DNA of 64,000 nucleotides, from contig DATKSI010000031.1 in assembly GCA_035531715.1 (NCBI GenBank), positions 9,673 to 73,672 on the forward strand. Reading direction: 5' to 3'. The notes below the pieces were generated by a model that saw nothing but the letters and a program-made list of their open reading frames with translations, was not told the DNA's origin and made no database searches. Origin of the DNA: Candidatus Micrarchaeaceae archaeon (GTDB lineage Bacteria > Chloroflexota > Dormibacteria > Aeolococcales > Bog-877). The position numbers were made by a program, and so were the translations under genes. This document shows positions 50,431 to 59,363 of this stretch, piece after piece (within the stretch, counting starts at the first letter, position 1; each line of letters opens with the position of its first letter).

Positions 50431-51191
50431 GCCGAGCCAGCCAGCGCACCCGGCTTGCGACCGATCGGGCGGGAGTCTCCCGGGCCGAGGACGTTCGGCG
50501 AGCGGATCTGATAATCGGCGAGATCGAAGCCGAGCGCCGGGAGCTGGCCGACCGAATCAACGACGATCCGGTGCAGACTCTGGCCCATGTCTCGCGGATG
50601 CTTCAGAACCTGGCGGAACTTCCGGAAACCCCAGCCCAGGCGGTCCGGGCGGCGCGCGAGTCAGGGGTCCTGACCGCCAAGGTCTGCGAGCAACTCCGGG
50701 GCATGGCCCGCGAGCTCCGGCCGCCGCTGCTCGACGACGTCGGACTTGGGGCCGCACTCAATCAACTCGCGGACGACTTCCGGGCGGCAACCGGCATTTC
50801 CGCCTTCACCGAGTTGGGGGGGGCTGGCAAAGTCCAGGTGCCCGGCACCGACCTGGTGCTTTTCCGGGTGGCCCAGGCGGCTCTCCACCGGGCTGAGGAG
50901 CGCTCGGGGCCGACGCGAGTGGAGATCAGCCTGCGTCAGGATGATGCCCAAGTCACCTTGGCCGTGCGCGACGACGGCAGCGGACTTCCAGATGGTCCAC
51001 CCGCCGAGGCTGGGTCCACTGGATTCGAGGAAATGGCCTACCGGGTGCAAGCGGTCGGCGGCCGGTTGGTGGTGCAATCCCGTCCAGGAGAGGGGACGGT
51101 GGTGACCGCCTCGGTGCCACATCGCTCGGCCCCCCCTCCATCAGGCAGCGCACCTCACGAGCACCTGCCGGGGCTGCGGGAGTGCTCTTGA
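50427..51191 (+). CDS. degenerate histidine-kinase-like protein: HisKA_3/HATPase_c core only, no sensor domain; phospho-acceptor His and N-box Asn both substituted
   Basis: Its GTG start overlaps the devR-like stop (GTGA). The H-box aligns as ERRELADRINDDPVQTL against ERHRIARDLHDEPVQAL in the upstream kinase (His to Asn). The N-box reads QAALHRAEE, with the Asn lost. The G1-like DDGSGL is retained. Confidence 0.75.
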   Translation: MSRASQRTRLATDRAGVSRAEDVRRADLIIGEIEAERRELADRINDDPVQTLAHVSRMLQNLAELPETPAQAVRAARESGVLTAKVCEQLRGMARELRPPLLDDVGLGAALNQLADDFRAATGISAFTELGGAGKVQVPGTDLVLFRVAQAALHRAEERSGPTRVEISLRQDDAQVTLAVRDDGSGLPDGPPAEAGSTGFEEMAYRVQAVGGRLVVQSRPGEGTVVTASVPHRSAPPPSGSAPHEHLPGLRECS

Positions 51192-51638
51192 GCCGGTCCG
51201 ACCCAGGCACCGGAGGGGACGGCGGGTAGCTCGACTCGCCACTCGCTCGCAAGCGGACCATCAGGCCCGCGGCCGCGCTTCAATCTCAGTTGGATCTCGA
51301 CGACTCGGAGCGGGTCGACAGCTCCCGGCCCTGCTCCGGAGTGCCGTTCGGCGCACCTCGGGCCGGCACGACCATCGGCGCCTGCAACTAGGGGTGCGCC
51401 ATGCCAGCCTGGCCCCTCGAATTCCGAGCCACCACTCGAAGCGCAGAGCCGGCGCGCATCGGCGTTGCGCGTGCCGAGATCGAGCAGTAGGGGAATCCAC
51501 CCGCTCCCGATCCCGGGATACCCCGCTTACGGTTTTTGGCGGCGCCCAGCAAGCTGAGCTCAGAAGTTGTCGAGGCCGCACAGAGGCAGGTCGGGGTAAC
51601 TATCACTCCCCACGCGCAGCACCGCCCGGAGGGCACCG

Positions 51639-52301
51639 TTGATGAACGAAGACCACACCGTCCCCAGCCACCGAGAAAGTAGTGTCGGTGCGGTAATTTG
51701 GGCAGCCTGCGGCACCCTGGTTATTGCCGCCTTGGTGATGGCCGGACTCTTCCTGGGTCGGGCTCCCGGGTTTTCCGATCTCCAGGTGGCGAGCCCGGTC
51801 TCCGCGAGCTCCCTCGCCACGGAGCAGCTCCATTTGACCATCGTCACCAACGCTGGGCCCCAGCACGACTGGCCGGCCTACGAACCGGCGAGCTTCTCCC
51901 TTCCCGCGAATCAGGACGTGACCATCACGGTGACGAATCTCGACGGAGCCACGCCACTACCCTCTTCGCTTCGCTCATTCACGAAAGTGAAAGGGGTGGC
52001 CAGCGCCGGCATGACGGTGGTGCCCATCAACGTCAGTCACCCCACGATCGCCAAGGGCGCTGCCCGGGTACTCCACGCCTTGAATGCCAGCGTCGTCTCG
52101 CACACCTTCAGCCTGCCTGAGCTCGGGATCAACGTGCCGATTGCGGCGGGCTCCCGAACCAGCTTCACCGTACGGTTCACCCGCCCAGGCACGTACCAGT
52201 GGGAGTGCTTCGATCCCTGTGGAGGAGGTGACAGTGGCACTCTGGCGCCGATGGGGCGCATCGGATACATGGCGGGCACGGTCACGGTGACCGCCTCCTG
52301 A
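51639..52301 (+). CDS. membrane-anchored cupredoxin-like (CoxII/blue-copper fold) protein
   Basis: N-terminal TM helix AVIWAACGTLVIAALVMAGLFLG. C-terminal …TYQWECFDPCGGG…MGRIGYM… resembles a Cu-binding Cys/Met cluster. Confidence 0.6.
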   Translation: MMNEDHTVPSHRESSVGAVIWAACGTLVIAALVMAGLFLGRAPGFSDLQVASPVSASSLATEQLHLTIVTNAGPQHDWPAYEPASFSLPANQDVTITVTNLDGATPLPSSLRSFTKVKGVASAGMTVVPINVSHPTIAKGAARVLHALNASVVSHTFSLPELGINVPIAAGSRTSFTVRFTRPGTYQWECFDPCGGGDSGTLAPMGRIGYMAGTVTVTAS

Positions 52302-52486
52302 TCGGCATCCCCTACCGCCAGCCGATCGGGGGTGACCGGGTTTCGGTCGCGGGTCCTCCCCAACGCAGCCGATCGTCGGAGTGACCTCGGTCAGGAGGCC
52401 GACCGGCGTCTCCTGACTCCGTTAGGGGCCAACTTGACCCGCCGCTGGCCGCGCGGCCGTCCGGGGACAGACTCGAGGCGAACCGG

Positions 52487-52957
52487 TCAGGGCACCTGGC
52501 AGCTGGAGCAAAGGCCGAGTTGATCGAAACGATGTTCGGTGACTTGGTATCCCTGCCGGTCGATCACCGCGCGGGCGGCCGCCTCCAACGCTCGCTCCAG
52601 CTGAGCCGAGGCGGGCAAATCGTCAACCCGTCCACAGCGGGTGCAGACCAGATGGTGATGGTGACCGCACAGCTCCTCGGCCAGCTCGTAGCGGCCGTGG
52701 TCCTCGGTCCCCGGCAGGCGATAGGCCACCCCGACCTCGGCCAGGATCGTCAGGTTGCGGTAGATCGTGCTCTGCGGCAGGCGCGGAGTCGCGGTGACGA
52801 TCTCGGGAATGGTCAAGGGGCGAGCGGCCGCCGCGAGGGTCTCCACCAGAAGCCGGCGGCGCGCCGTGTAGTGCTGATCCACCTGGGCCAGTCGCGCCCG
52901 AACCGCCTCGTGGATCGAAGTCGAAAGTGCGGCCCGCGCCTCGCCAACATTGCTCAT
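52487..52957 (-). CDS. Fur family transcriptional regulator (Zur/Fur-like), last gene of the metal-uptake operon
   Basis: ATG at 52957 (MSNVGEARAA…). Winged helix, HHHxxC…CxxC metal sites (CGHHHHLVCTRCGRV…CSSCQ). Confidence 0.85.
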   Translation of the reverse strand: MSNVGEARAALSTSIHEAVRARLAQVDQHYTARRRLLVETLAAAARPLTIPEIVTATPRLPQSTIYRNLTILAEVGVAYRLPGTEDHGRYELAEELCGHHHHLVCTRCGRVDDLPASAQLERALEAAARAVIDRQGYQVTEHRFDQLGLCSSCQVP

Positions 52958-53093
52958 TTGATCCGGCACCGTAGCGCCGACCCATGGACCTGCCCGCTTC
53001 CTGACTGTCGGAATCGTGGGGACCACGGGGCCAACCTAGCAGTTGCCACCGGAGCGGGGTCCGGGACAAGTCGGCCAACCGGCCGGGCCAACT

Positions 53094-53921
53094 TCATCCG
53101 ACCGGACCTTCCGCCAGCTGGCGGCGGTTGGGCCCCCGTAGGTGGTAGTAGTCCCAGCCCCGAGCCAGCCCGTAGGAACCGGCGCCGAGGGCCCCGACAA
53201 AAAATCCGATCGGCCAAGCGCAGACATAGGCGAGTGCGATGGCCAGCCAGATGATGATGAGCGCGATACCGACGGCGAGCCCCATGGCGATCCCGGGGCG
53301 GGCGGTGAGTGAGCGGGCGGCCGCGGCCGGCGCGACCATCAGGCTGAACATCAGGAACGCCCCCACGATGGGGACGGTCATGGTGGTAGCCAGCGCCACC
53401 AGGAGAACGAAGCTGAGCTCCATGCGGCTGGCGCGAACCCCCCGGGCCTCACCCGCCTCGGGCATCACTGCGCTCAGGGTGAGGGGCCGGAAGAGCAGGA
53501 GGGTGGCGATCACACAGACCAATCCCAAGCCCAAAATGGGCGGAAGCTCGGCGCGGTTCACCCCCACCACATCGCCGAAGAGAAGAGAGAAAATCTCGGC
53601 GGCGTATTCCCGGCTCAGGCTGAGAAAGAGGGAGCCCAGGCCGAGCATCACCACCAGCGCCAAGGCGGTGACCACGTCTTGCCGTCCGCGCCGGCTGAGC
53701 CAGCTGATCCCGAGTGCGCCCCCGACCGCGAAGGTCCCCAGGCCGAGCAGGGTGCTCAGGCCGAGCAGACTGGCGGCGGCGGCGCCCGCGAAGGCGCCGT
53801 TCGGAACCGCATGAGCGATGAAGGCTGCGCCCCGCAGCACGATGAAAAAACCCAGTACGCCGGCGACCACCGCTACCACGGTGGCGGCCAGCCAGGTGTT
53901 GAGCATGAACCCGGTGAACAC
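53094..53921 (-). CDS. metal ABC transporter permease (ZnuB/MntB family), second permease
   Basis: Multi-TM. A GTG at 53921 lies 6 nt after the upstream permease stop. The track ORF extends to 53987. Confidence 0.8.
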   Translation of the reverse strand: MFTGFMLNTWLAATVVAVVAGVLGFFIVLRGAAFIAHAVPNGAFAGAAAASLLGLSTLLGLGTFAVGGALGISWLSRRGRQDVVTALALVVMLGLGSLFLSLSREYAAEIFSLLFGDVVGVNRAELPPILGLGLVCVIATLLLFRPLTLSAVMPEAGEARGVRASRMELSFVLLVALATTMTVPIVGAFLMFSLMVAPAAAARSLTARPGIAMGLAVGIALIIIWLAIALAYVCAWPIGFFVGALGAGSYGLARGWDYYHLRGPNRRQLAEGPVG

Positions 53922-53926
53922 TTCGG

Positions 53927-54829
53927 CTAGGGTCCCGCGGGCCGCGCGTCGATGATCGCGCTCCGGGACGCCCACTTCGATGCCCACCTGCGCGCGGGAA
54001 GCTGAAGCAGGAGGTACAGGGTGAAGATCAGGGCCACTACAAAAAAGCTCACCGGCCAGCCACGGCCGCCCGGCGGCCAGTAGAAGCTGTCGTAGGCGAG
54101 CACGATGCTCACCCAGGTCACGGCCACGCCGATCAGGGCCGCCAGCAGGAGCGCCAGCCCGGGGTGCTTGGTCAGCCGCAGCGCACAGGCCGCCGGACCG
54201 ATCAACAAGGCGGTGCTGAGCACCGCCCCAATGGTCATCGCCGAGAGGGACACCGCGAGCGCCAACGAGACCAGATAGCCGATTCCCACCAAACGCACCG
54301 GAACGGCTCGCGCCACGGCCATATCCGAGCTCAACGAGCTGAAGAGGAGCATCCGGTACAAGATCAACACGGTGCCCAGAGAGACGACGCCGAGGCCCAA
54401 AATGATCGGCACCAGCCCCCCGTCGATGGTGAAGATCGAGCCGAAGAGGATGGTCATGGACGCCCCGGAGGTGTTGCTCGAGGTGGTGTCCAGATAGAGA
54501 AAGAGCGCCGCCAGTCCAAGCCCCGCCCCGAGCACTATGCCGGTCGCCAAATCTCGGCTCCGCGCCCGCCCGGGTCCGATCAGGTCGATCGTGCCGGCGG
54601 CCACCGCTGCGATCACCACGAATCCCCAGAGCTGGCTCACCCCGAGTAGAAATGCGCCCGACCCGCCGGCAGTGCCCAGGTCGGCCAGCGCGTGGCCGGA
54701 AAACGACTGACCCCGAACCACGGTGAACACCCCGACCACACCGGACACCACCGCCACGACCGTCCCCACGATCAGCGCCACCTGGACCGGGGAGCTCTGA
54801 AAAAGGCCGGGGCCGAAGATCGAACCCAT
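53927..54829 (-). CDS. metal ABC transporter permease (ZnuB/MntB family)
   Basis: Multi-TM. The start at MGSIFGPG (54829) is preferred over the track start at 54877. Confidence 0.8.
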   Translation of the reverse strand: MGSIFGPGLFQSSPVQVALIVGTVVAVVSGVVGVFTVVRGQSFSGHALADLGTAGGSGAFLLGVSQLWGFVVIAAVAAGTIDLIGPGRARSRDLATGIVLGAGLGLAALFLYLDTTSSNTSGASMTILFGSIFTIDGGLVPIILGLGVVSLGTVLILYRMLLFSSLSSDMAVARAVPVRLVGIGYLVSLALAVSLSAMTIGAVLSTALLIGPAACALRLTKHPGLALLLAALIGVAVTWVSIVLAYDSFYWPPGGRGWPVSFFVVALIFTLYLLLQLPARRWASKWASRSAIIDARPAGP

Positions 54830-54842
54830 CAGGTCTCCGACC

Positions 54843-55691
54843 TCAGACCAGGCCTGGATCGGCGGTCGCATGAGCATGCTCGTGATCCGCGGCAGAGGTG
54901 TCGTCGGAACCGGAGATCACCAGTACCCGGTCGCGCAATCGGATCACGTCGACCTGGCGGCCGTAGAGCCGACTCAATACCTCTGGCTGGACCACCTCTT
55001 CCGTGGTCCCACTGGCCGCCCGGCCCGCCGCCACGTAGACGATTCGGTCCATGACCGGGAGTAAAGGGTTCATGTCATGGGCCGAGATCAACACTGCGAT
55101 GCGCTGCTCCCGGGCGATCCGGGAGAGCAGCTCCACGACTTCGTGCTCGCTGCGAATGTCCAGGTTGATCAGGGGCTCGTCGAGGAGCAACAGCTGGGGT
55201 CGGCTGATCAAGGCGTGGGCGATGAGAATCCGCCGCTGCTCGCCACCGGACAGCCGACCGACCCGCTTGTCGGCGAAGCTGGAGGCATCGACCGCCTCGA
55301 TCATCTCGTCAATCAGGCGGCGCCGCTGGCGCGAGGGGAAGGGGATCCCGATGCGGTGTCCGTCCAGCCCCAGGCCAACGACGTCTCGCGCTCGCAGCGG
55401 CATGTCCGGATCCAGCACCACGGTCTGCGGGACATATCCGATCGCCGGATCCGGCCCCGACCGGGCGCCGGGCCGGATCCAGATGCGGCCGGCGCTCGCT
55501 CGCTGGAGACCCAGGATCACCCGGAAGATGGTGGTTTTGCCGGCTCCATTGGACCCGATCAGCCCCGTCATCTCGCCCTCCCGGATGGCGAAGCTCACAT
55601 CACGCAGCACCTGGCGACCGCCTAGCCAGACGGAGACCCCCTCCAGCTTGAGGACCTGGTCAGCGTCGACTCGAGCGAGCTCCTCTTCCAC
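54843..55691 (-). CDS. metal ABC transporter ATP-binding protein (ZnuC type)
   Basis: Walker A GSNGAGKTT, signature LSGGEQRRILIA, Walker B LLLDEP. Confidence 0.85.
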   Translation of the reverse strand: MEEELARVDADQVLKLEGVSVWLGGRQVLRDVSFAIREGEMTGLIGSNGAGKTTIFRVILGLQRASAGRIWIRPGARSGPDPAIGYVPQTVVLDPDMPLRARDVVGLGLDGHRIGIPFPSRQRRRLIDEMIEAVDASSFADKRVGRLSGGEQRRILIAHALISRPQLLLLDEPLINLDIRSEHEVVELLSRIAREQRIAVLISAHDMNPLLPVMDRIVYVAAGRAASGTTEEVVQPEVLSRLYGRQVDVIRLRDRVLVISGSDDTSAADHEHAHATADPGLV

Positions 55692-56671
55692 TACAGCCGG
55701 GTGGTCGACTCTCGGTCAGCCAGAGCTCGGTAGAGCGCCCGAGCCTCGGCCGTCATCCAGGTCTGATAGTCGTAACCCGGTGTGGGCATGGTCTCGTACA
55801 GGGCCACAACCGGGATACCCGCTCGTCGGGCGAGCGTGAGGAAGGAGTTGGTCAGCGTGTCGGTGACCTGCTGGTTGTAGAGAAAAACCCGGACCCGATG
55901 CTGACTGAGCAGCCCGTCCTGGAGGCTCACCTCCTGAGGCGCCGGGTCGACTCCGTTCATGATGTCGGCCTGCAGCGTCCAGGGGGTGCGATTGTTGGCA
56001 CCTGCCGCCTGGAGCAGATAATCCCCCACCGGCTCGGAGGTGGCGACCGCCGCCCCGGGGAATTTGGACTTGATTTGGGCGATCGCCTGATACCAGGGAG
56101 TCAGGGACGCGTCGAATCTCCGAGCCCGGGTCAAGAAGTAGCCGAGATGGGTTGGCGCCCGCTTCCCCAAGTCCTGGGCCACCGCCTTGGCGACGGCCAC
56201 CATCGCCGACGGCCGGTACCACAGGTGAGGGTTGGCCGTCTTCGAGGGCAGTTTGAGCAGCCGCTGGACATCGATCACCAGACGGAGGTGATTCGGTGAG
56301 GCAGCCTCGATCTTGTTCATGAAGGTGTCGTAGCCGAGCCCATTCTGAACTACCAGATCAGCTGAACTGATCGTCGCGGCCGCGGCGGGGCTGGCCTCGA
56401 AGGTATGCGGATCGGTGTTGGGGTTGCTGATCATGGCGGAGACCTGGACATACTGGCCTCCGATCTGACCGATCACGTTGGCGTACTGATTCTCGGCGCC
56501 CACCGCGACGATCTTTTTCGCCCCCACGGCAGCCGATACTCCCATCGCTCCACTCACCAAGACGGTAATCGCGGCCGTAACCAGCAGGCCGGCGTGCGCC
56601 CGCCGCGTCCGCCTCCGCCACCCCTCGTCGGCACCCGTCAGCGGCTCCTTCCGATCGGTCTTCCGCTTCAC
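55691..56671 (-). CDS. metal ABC transporter substrate-binding protein (ZnuA/TroA-like cluster A-I)
   Basis: SBP fold with an N-terminal signal/TM region and metal-ligand His/Asp segments (…NPNTDPHTFEASP…). First gene of the operon. A Fur-type box lies just upstream. Confidence 0.8.
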   Translation of the reverse strand: MKRKTDRKEPLTGADEGWRRRTRRAHAGLLVTAAITVLVSGAMGVSAAVGAKKIVAVGAENQYANVIGQIGGQYVQVSAMISNPNTDPHTFEASPAAAATISSADLVVQNGLGYDTFMNKIEAASPNHLRLVIDVQRLLKLPSKTANPHLWYRPSAMVAVAKAVAQDLGKRAPTHLGYFLTRARRFDASLTPWYQAIAQIKSKFPGAAVATSEPVGDYLLQAAGANNRTPWTLQADIMNGVDPAPQEVSLQDGLLSQHRVRVFLYNQQVTDTLTNSFLTLARRAGIPVVALYETMPTPGYDYQTWMTAEARALYRALADRESTTRL

Positions 56672-56690
56672 CTCACGCGCCCATCATTAC

Positions 56691-56716
56691 GCTAATGATA
56701 ATCAGTCTTATTGAAT
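56691..56716. promoter_or_regulatory. Fur/Zur-family box upstream of the metal ABC transporter operon
   Basis: GCTAATGATAATCAGTCTTATTGAAT contains AATGATAATCA, an exact match to the core of the GATAATGATAATCATTATC Fur box. It is AT-rich in a 70% GC background. It sits 20-45 nt upstream of the annotated GTG of the SBP gene, so the true start is probably a little further downstream. Confidence 0.45.
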
Positions 56717-56885
56717 CGGTCAAGACGGCTCCATCTCGGTCCTGCGCGATCACCAGAATCACCTTCCCTCGGGACGGCGGCCGCTCCGCTGGCCGTCGCC
56801 GCCCCAGGAGGAGTCTTCCCGAGGGGCAAACCCCCCTCGACCGGGTCGTCCGCCGGTGGCTAGCCCCCGACCCGGGTCATCGGTC

Positions 56886-57578
56886 TCATCGGGGCGGGAT
56901 CAGCCAGCGAAAGTACTCCCGGTCACCCAGGAGTTCGAGGCGGCGCCAGAGGACTGGATTGCCGTTCGCCTGGCTGGCGTGGCAGGCGCTGGCGCGGCGC
57001 TGGGCGAGTCGGCCGACCTGCGCCACCAGGTCGAGCTGGTGCTCATCCCGACCGACGAAGCTGGCGCCGTATTCGCGGTTGAGGGTAAGCGCGACCGTCC
57101 GGGGGATCGCCCAGGCGAGGACCGCAATCCCAGCCCGCTCAGCGTGGGCGACGGCTGCCTCCGTCGCCCGCTGGTGGTCGGGGTGCCCCGTGATCCCTCC
57201 TTCATCGAAGGTGAGCAGAAGATCGGCGCCGACCAGCGTCGCGAATTCCCCGACCTGAGCCGTGAGCTGCTCCAGCGGCCGGTCAGCGAGGGCGCCGTCA
57301 GGATGGTCAAGGAGCTTGAGGTGACTGACGCGCAGTTCCTTGGCGGCGGCGTTGAGTTCGGCCCGGCGCACCGATCGCAGATCTAGCGCGGACCCAAGTT
57401 GGGACGCCTCGCCATGGGTGAAGACCAGCACAGAGGTCGACGATCCTCGGTCGACGAAAGTGTCCAGGGCAGCGCCGAGTCCGAAGCTCTCGTCATCAGG
57501 GTGGGCGCAGACAGCAAGGACCGTGGCCGTGCTCGGAAGTGGGCCAAGTCGCGATTCCGCTCCGGTCCGGTCTTTCAC
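56886..57578 (-). CDS. PIG-L family deacetylase (LmbE-like; MshB/Mca-type)
   Basis: N-terminal AHPDDE motif (VLAVCAHPDDESFG) and HPDH motif (GITGHPDHQRA). Confidence 0.8.
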   Translation of the reverse strand: MKDRTGAESRLGPLPSTATVLAVCAHPDDESFGLGAALDTFVDRGSSTSVLVFTHGEASQLGSALDLRSVRRAELNAAAKELRVSHLKLLDHPDGALADRPLEQLTAQVGEFATLVGADLLLTFDEGGITGHPDHQRATEAAVAHAERAGIAVLAWAIPRTVALTLNREYGASFVGRDEHQLDLVAQVGRLAQRRASACHASQANGNPVLWRRLELLGDREYFRWLIPPR

Positions 57579-57764
57579 CTCAGCCGCGTGGGTCTGCCGG
57601 GAGGCGACGCGAAAATGGCCACAGGCACCTCACTTTTATAGTCTGACCCGGCACCGGCGCAGATTCGCTGCGGGGGTGATCGGTCGCCTCACGAGAGGTG
57701 GCACCCATGTCACGAGACCGCGGACCCGGGTTGGTCGGCTGGTCCCTACCCGTCCCCGGTCGAG

Positions 57765-57995
57765 GTGATGCACGAGCTGGCCCCCGGCCGGGCGCTGGGC
57801 CTCGCCGGTGGGGTGGGACACAATGCCGGGCGGTTGGACGAGCGGGGCTGGGACCCGGTGCACGTGGACCTTTCACCGGTCGGCCAGGCCAGGGAACGAC
57901 TCCCGGCGAAAAGGCTGGGGATCGAAGTGAGTTGGGTGGCGCCGCAAGTCGACACTGCCGCGGGTATGTGGTCGCCCCGGATGCCCTGGGCCTAG
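57765..57995 (+). pseudogene. fragment of a class I SAM-dependent methyltransferase (degenerate motif I region)
   Basis: Reads …ALGLAGGVGHNAGRLDERGWDPVHVDLSPVGQARERLPAKRLGIEVSWVAPQVD…, resembling the xLDLGCGxGRNAxxLAxxGxxVxAVDxS… motif I to post-I region. No intact surrounding ORF. Confidence 0.35.
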
Positions 57996-58009
57996 CGGAC
58001 CGACCCCAC

Positions 58010-58435
58010 TTACTGCTTCCCCTCACCCCGGGAGACCACGGCATCCCGCACCCGCACGAGCCGCTCGGCAGCGGTAGCGGCCAACTCAGCCAGCATCGAT
58101 CCAGTCATGAGCGCCCGGGGATCCGCGATCGATAGCTGGGTGCGGTCGCCGTCGGCCTCGAGCACCACATTGCAGGGAAGGACCAGACTTGCCGACGGAT
58201 CGATCTCCAGAGCTTGGTGGGCGAGATCGGCATTGCAGGCGCCCAGGATCTTGAGCGGTGCTCGATCGACTCCGAGCTTGGCCCTGAAGATGGCGGCCAC
58301 GTCAATCTCCGTCAGGACGGCAAAGCCTTGTTCCGCCAGCGCCGCGCGCACGGCAGCCTCGGCCGCTTCCATCGGGATTCCGATCGTTGCTTCGATTCCA
58401 TCCACGTCCTGCACCTCCTCGGGCAGATAGCCCAC
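58010..58435 (-). CDS. DUF302 domain-containing protein
   Basis: 141 aa (…FAVLTEIDVAAIFRAKLGVD…ILGACNADLAHQALEIDPSASLVLPCNVVL…). Immediately downstream of the CsoR-like gene. Confidence 0.8.
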   Translation of the reverse strand: MGYLPEEVQDVDGIEATIGIPMEAAEAAVRAALAEQGFAVLTEIDVAAIFRAKLGVDRAPLKILGACNADLAHQALEIDPSASLVLPCNVVLEADGDRTQLSIADPRALMTGSMLAELAATAAERLVRVRDAVVSRGEGKQ

Positions 58436-58707
58436 TTAGGCGAGCTTCATCAGCATCCGCTGCACCCCGTCGATCGCATATCCCTCGGCCTCCGCCTGCT
58501 CGGGATGCTCGACGCAGTAGGTGAGTCCGGCGGCGACCAGTCGCAGCCCGGCCTGTTCTAGCGCTCTGGTGGCGGCCGAGAGTTGGTTCACCACGTCGCG
58601 GCACTCGCGGCCATCATCGAGCATCCGCTCGACCGCCTGAACCTGACCCGAAGCGCGGTGCAGTCGCTTCCGGACATCCTCGATCACCTGCTCGGGTAGT
58701 TGCATGG
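58436..58707 (-). CDS. CsoR/RcnR/CstR family metal- or persulfide-sensing transcriptional repressor
   Basis: ATG at 58707 with a GGAGGG RBS (MQLPEQVIEDVRKRLHRASGQVQAVERMLDDGRECRDVVNQLSAATRALEQAGLRLVAAGLTYCVEHPE…). Conserved C…C-x-x-H sensing residues. The track ORF is spuriously extended to 59242. Confidence 0.8.
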
Positions 58708-58816
58708 TCGCACCCTCCGTCTGATTGGCTCGCTCGGCGGCCGATCCCGGGCGAGGTCGTCGAAACTTTCGTCGAGTCGCTTTCGATGCCCCGGCGGACT
58801 CGGCCTCGGCAACAGG

Positions 58817-58830
58817 TACCCCATAGGGTA
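58817..58830. promoter_or_regulatory. CsoR-type operator palindrome, copy 1 (TACCCCATAGGGTA)
   Basis: Lies in the divergent intergenic region between the csoR-like gene and the rhodanese gene. Matches the GC-rich TACCCC…GGGGTA CsoR operator class. Confidence 0.55.
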
Positions 58831-58849
58831 TATTCTCTCGGACGAATAA

Positions 58850-58863
58850 TACCTTATGGGGTA
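58850..58863. promoter_or_regulatory. CsoR-type operator palindrome, copy 2 (TACCTTATGGGGTA, an inverted copy of copy 1)
   Basis: Lies 20 nt from copy 1. Its reverse complement TACCCCATAAGGTA differs from copy 1 at one position. Confidence 0.55.
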
Positions 58864-58900
58864 TCCGGACGCGGGAGCGGAAACACACTAGGAGGATGAC

Positions 58901-59260
58901 ATGAGCTGGTTGCAGAAGGCCCTGGGAGGCGGCCGCGGAGTCGGCCCACAGGAGGCACACGATCTGGTGCAGGCGGGGGCCGTCTTGCTGGATGTTCGGG
59001 AGGATTCCGAGTGGCGGGCCGGTCATGCTCCGGGCGCTCGCCACATCCGTCTGGGAGATCTCGACCGCGGGCTCGCTGCCCTGCCCCGCGACCGGGAAGT
59101 GGTTGTTGTATGTCGATCGGGCGGCCGCTCCGCCAGAGCGACCGCGATCCTCACCCGGGCCGGAGTCGAGGCGGTGAACTTGAACGGAGGCATGCGCGCC
59201 TGGGCGGCTGCCGGCCTGGCCGTGACCAGCGGAAATGCCCAACCGGGGCGGGTTGTCTGA
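58901..59260 (+). CDS. rhodanese-like domain protein (sulfurtransferase)
   Basis: Active-site loop VVVCRSGGRSARA. AGGAGG RBS. Confidence 0.85.
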   Translation: MSWLQKALGGGRGVGPQEAHDLVQAGAVLLDVREDSEWRAGHAPGARHIRLGDLDRGLAALPRDREVVVVCRSGGRSARATAILTRAGVEAVNLNGGMRAWAAAGLAVTSGNAQPGRVV

Positions 59261-59309
59261 GGCGTCCCGGGCGCTTCTCGGCTTGCGGGTGCAAAACGAT
59301 ACCCCCTAG

Positions 59310-59323
59310 GGTATACTTGGTGG
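59310..59323. promoter_or_regulatory. CsoR-type operator palindrome, copy 3 (TACCCCCTAGGGTA), upstream of thioredoxin
   Basis: Same 14-mer family, 40 nt upstream of the trx start codon. Confidence 0.55.
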
Positions 59324-59363
59324 GGGTCGGCAGTCCGGGTAAGCAGACAGGAGAATTCTGAAC

